The position numbers and the translations under genes are program-made. A stretch of DNA of 63,800 nt, filler included, from Lama guanicoe (Eukaryota), in assembly GCA_013239625.1 (NCBI GenBank). It is 213 parts of 213 records of this genome, joined end to end, with 100 filler letters (N's around TTAATTAATTAA, not from the genome) between each part and the next. Parts side by side here need not be neighbours in the genome. Positions count along the whole stretch, not along the records: positions 62,401 to 62,600 come from PNXV01030364.1; positions 62,701 to 62,900 come from PNXV01030365.1; positions 63,001 to 63,200 come from PNXV01030366.1; positions 63,301 to 63,500 come from PNXV01030367.1; positions 63,601 to 63,800 come from PNXV01030368.1; 208 more parts are not named here. The stretch is one strand, 5' to 3'. Below, in pieces: positions 62,301-63,800 of the stretch. The notes under the pieces are model-generated. The model saw nothing but the letters and a program-made list of their open reading frames with translations. It searched no databases and was not told the DNA's origin. How positions within the stretch are numbered: position 1 is the first letter of the stretch; each line of letters starts with the position of its first letter.

Positions 62301-63800
62301 NNNNNNNNNNNNNNNNNNNNNNNNNNNNNNNNNNNNNNNNNNNNTTAATTAATTAANNNNNNNNNNNNNNNNNNNNNNNNNNNNNNNNNNNNNNNNNNNN
62401 AAAATAAATCAGTATTTTTATAGATATATTTTGAATCAGCTTGAATATATATCTCCATAAAGATTTTCTTGAAACTTCTTTCCATTCACCACATAAAACC
62501 AGTGCTTTTCCTTCATTATTAACCACAATTTTCTCATAAATCTTATAATTCTTTGTGTGCATAATTTGTTACCGTCATGGGTCACGTTTGTAATATTTTG
62601 NNNNNNNNNNNNNNNNNNNNNNNNNNNNNNNNNNNNNNNNNNNNTTAATTAATTAANNNNNNNNNNNNNNNNNNNNNNNNNNNNNNNNNNNNNNNNNNNN
62701 ATTTTTGCACTTTACCTTTTATTAGACTTCCATTATGCAACATTATTTTCCCACAAAAGTGTATAAATGTAGACTCTTACCCCTATGTTGTCCTTTGCCA
62801 GGACTTGTCCTCCAAATATACATATTCCCCCACTGTGAGTAATTTCAAAAAACTGAGAAAAAATTCTATATTGATCCAAGTTAAAATATGTCTTAAGTTT
62901 NNNNNNNNNNNNNNNNNNNNNNNNNNNNNNNNNNNNNNNNNNNNTTAATTAATTAANNNNNNNNNNNNNNNNNNNNNNNNNNNNNNNNNNNNNNNNNNNN
63001 CAACATCTCAGCTTTAAAATTTATATCAGTACTTAATATACCTATAAAGGCACCTCTTATAAGTTTGTTAGAAGAAAATATAAGATGTGAAGAGTGGTTC
63101 CATTAACATCAGAGCCAAACCTGTCAAGAAAAGAGCTTTTAAACTAATCACGGAGATGCTCTAACAGAGAGTACAGATATATTTCAACAAAGGATCTACC
63201 NNNNNNNNNNNNNNNNNNNNNNNNNNNNNNNNNNNNNNNNNNNNTTAATTAATTAANNNNNNNNNNNNNNNNNNNNNNNNNNNNNNNNNNNNNNNNNNNN
63301 GATTCAAAATTCTAATGGAGAGCCCCTGTAAATACATCAAAAATTAATCTGTTAATTCTTTTGCCTATTGTAAATTTCACTGGAATTTATAAAACTTGGA
63401 AGAGTGAAAATGAGGAGCTGAATTAAAAACATCATTTGTAGGCATGTTGATAGATTGAAATATCATTTAAAGAGAGGAATCATATTTTTTTCTAAAAAAA
63501 NNNNNNNNNNNNNNNNNNNNNNNNNNNNNNNNNNNNNNNNNNNNTTAATTAATTAANNNNNNNNNNNNNNNNNNNNNNNNNNNNNNNNNNNNNNNNNNNN
63601 GAAACTAGAATTCTGATCTCCTAGTACCTACACTGGGACTCACTTTCACAATGCCACTCTGTGTAAAAACAAGTACCAAAAAATCTGCAGAGCAGGGTGT
63701 TTAAGAAAAATGTTCTGAGTGATATTAGCTCAGTTATGCTTCAAGAATTATGGGTAGGAGGGCTTCCTGGAGGAGGCATTTGAGCTGACCTTGAAGGATG

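Larger units (their letters stand above)
1..63800. other. Artificial pseudo-scaffold: 213 x 200-bp contigs joined by 212 x 100-bp linkers (N44-TTAATTAATTAA-N44)
   Basis: Strict 300-bp period; 213x200 + 212x100 = 63800. Neighbouring fragments are unrelated in composition. Confidence 0.99.

Noticed and set aside
65..62562. The many 60-84-aa ORFs in the supplied track
   Set aside because: Most reach 60 aa only by reading through N codons to the linker stop. Apart from the GFRA1 frame, none is a recognisable protein.
245..63556. Regularly spaced identical palindromic 12-mers with unique intervening sequence (CRISPR-like or PacI-site array)
   Set aside because: The motif sits inside N padding at an exact 300-bp period. 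It is a bioinformatic linker, there are no cas genes, and the DNA is mammalian.

Overview
This window is not a contiguous locus. It is an artificial concatenation of 213 unrelated 200-bp fragments, each joined by an identical 100-bp spacer (N44-TTAATTAATTAA-N44, a six-frame stop linker). Nearly all ORFs in the supplied track are linker artefacts. The fragments are mammalian genomic DNA (L1, MIR, L2, MER20/MER5/MER58, MLT1, CpG islands, spliceosomal exons). tRNA-Ala-derived SINEs resembling Vic-1 point to a camelid. Recognisable coding pieces are an exon of GFRA1, an exon of WDR17 and L1 ORF2 remnants. The most notable biology is fragment 44401-44600 (minus strand), the 5' end of an apparently young endogenous betaretrovirus: LTR-terminal CA, a perfect tRNA-Lys3 primer-binding site, a splice donor, and an open, myristoylation-competent Gag matrix start resembling JSRV/ENTV. 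Two pairs of near-identical fragments with exactly 49-bp identical flanks reveal de Bruijn bubble arms. Several lineage-specific tandem or satellite-like repeats are also present. No multi-gene system can be inferred because adjacency between fragments has no meaning.
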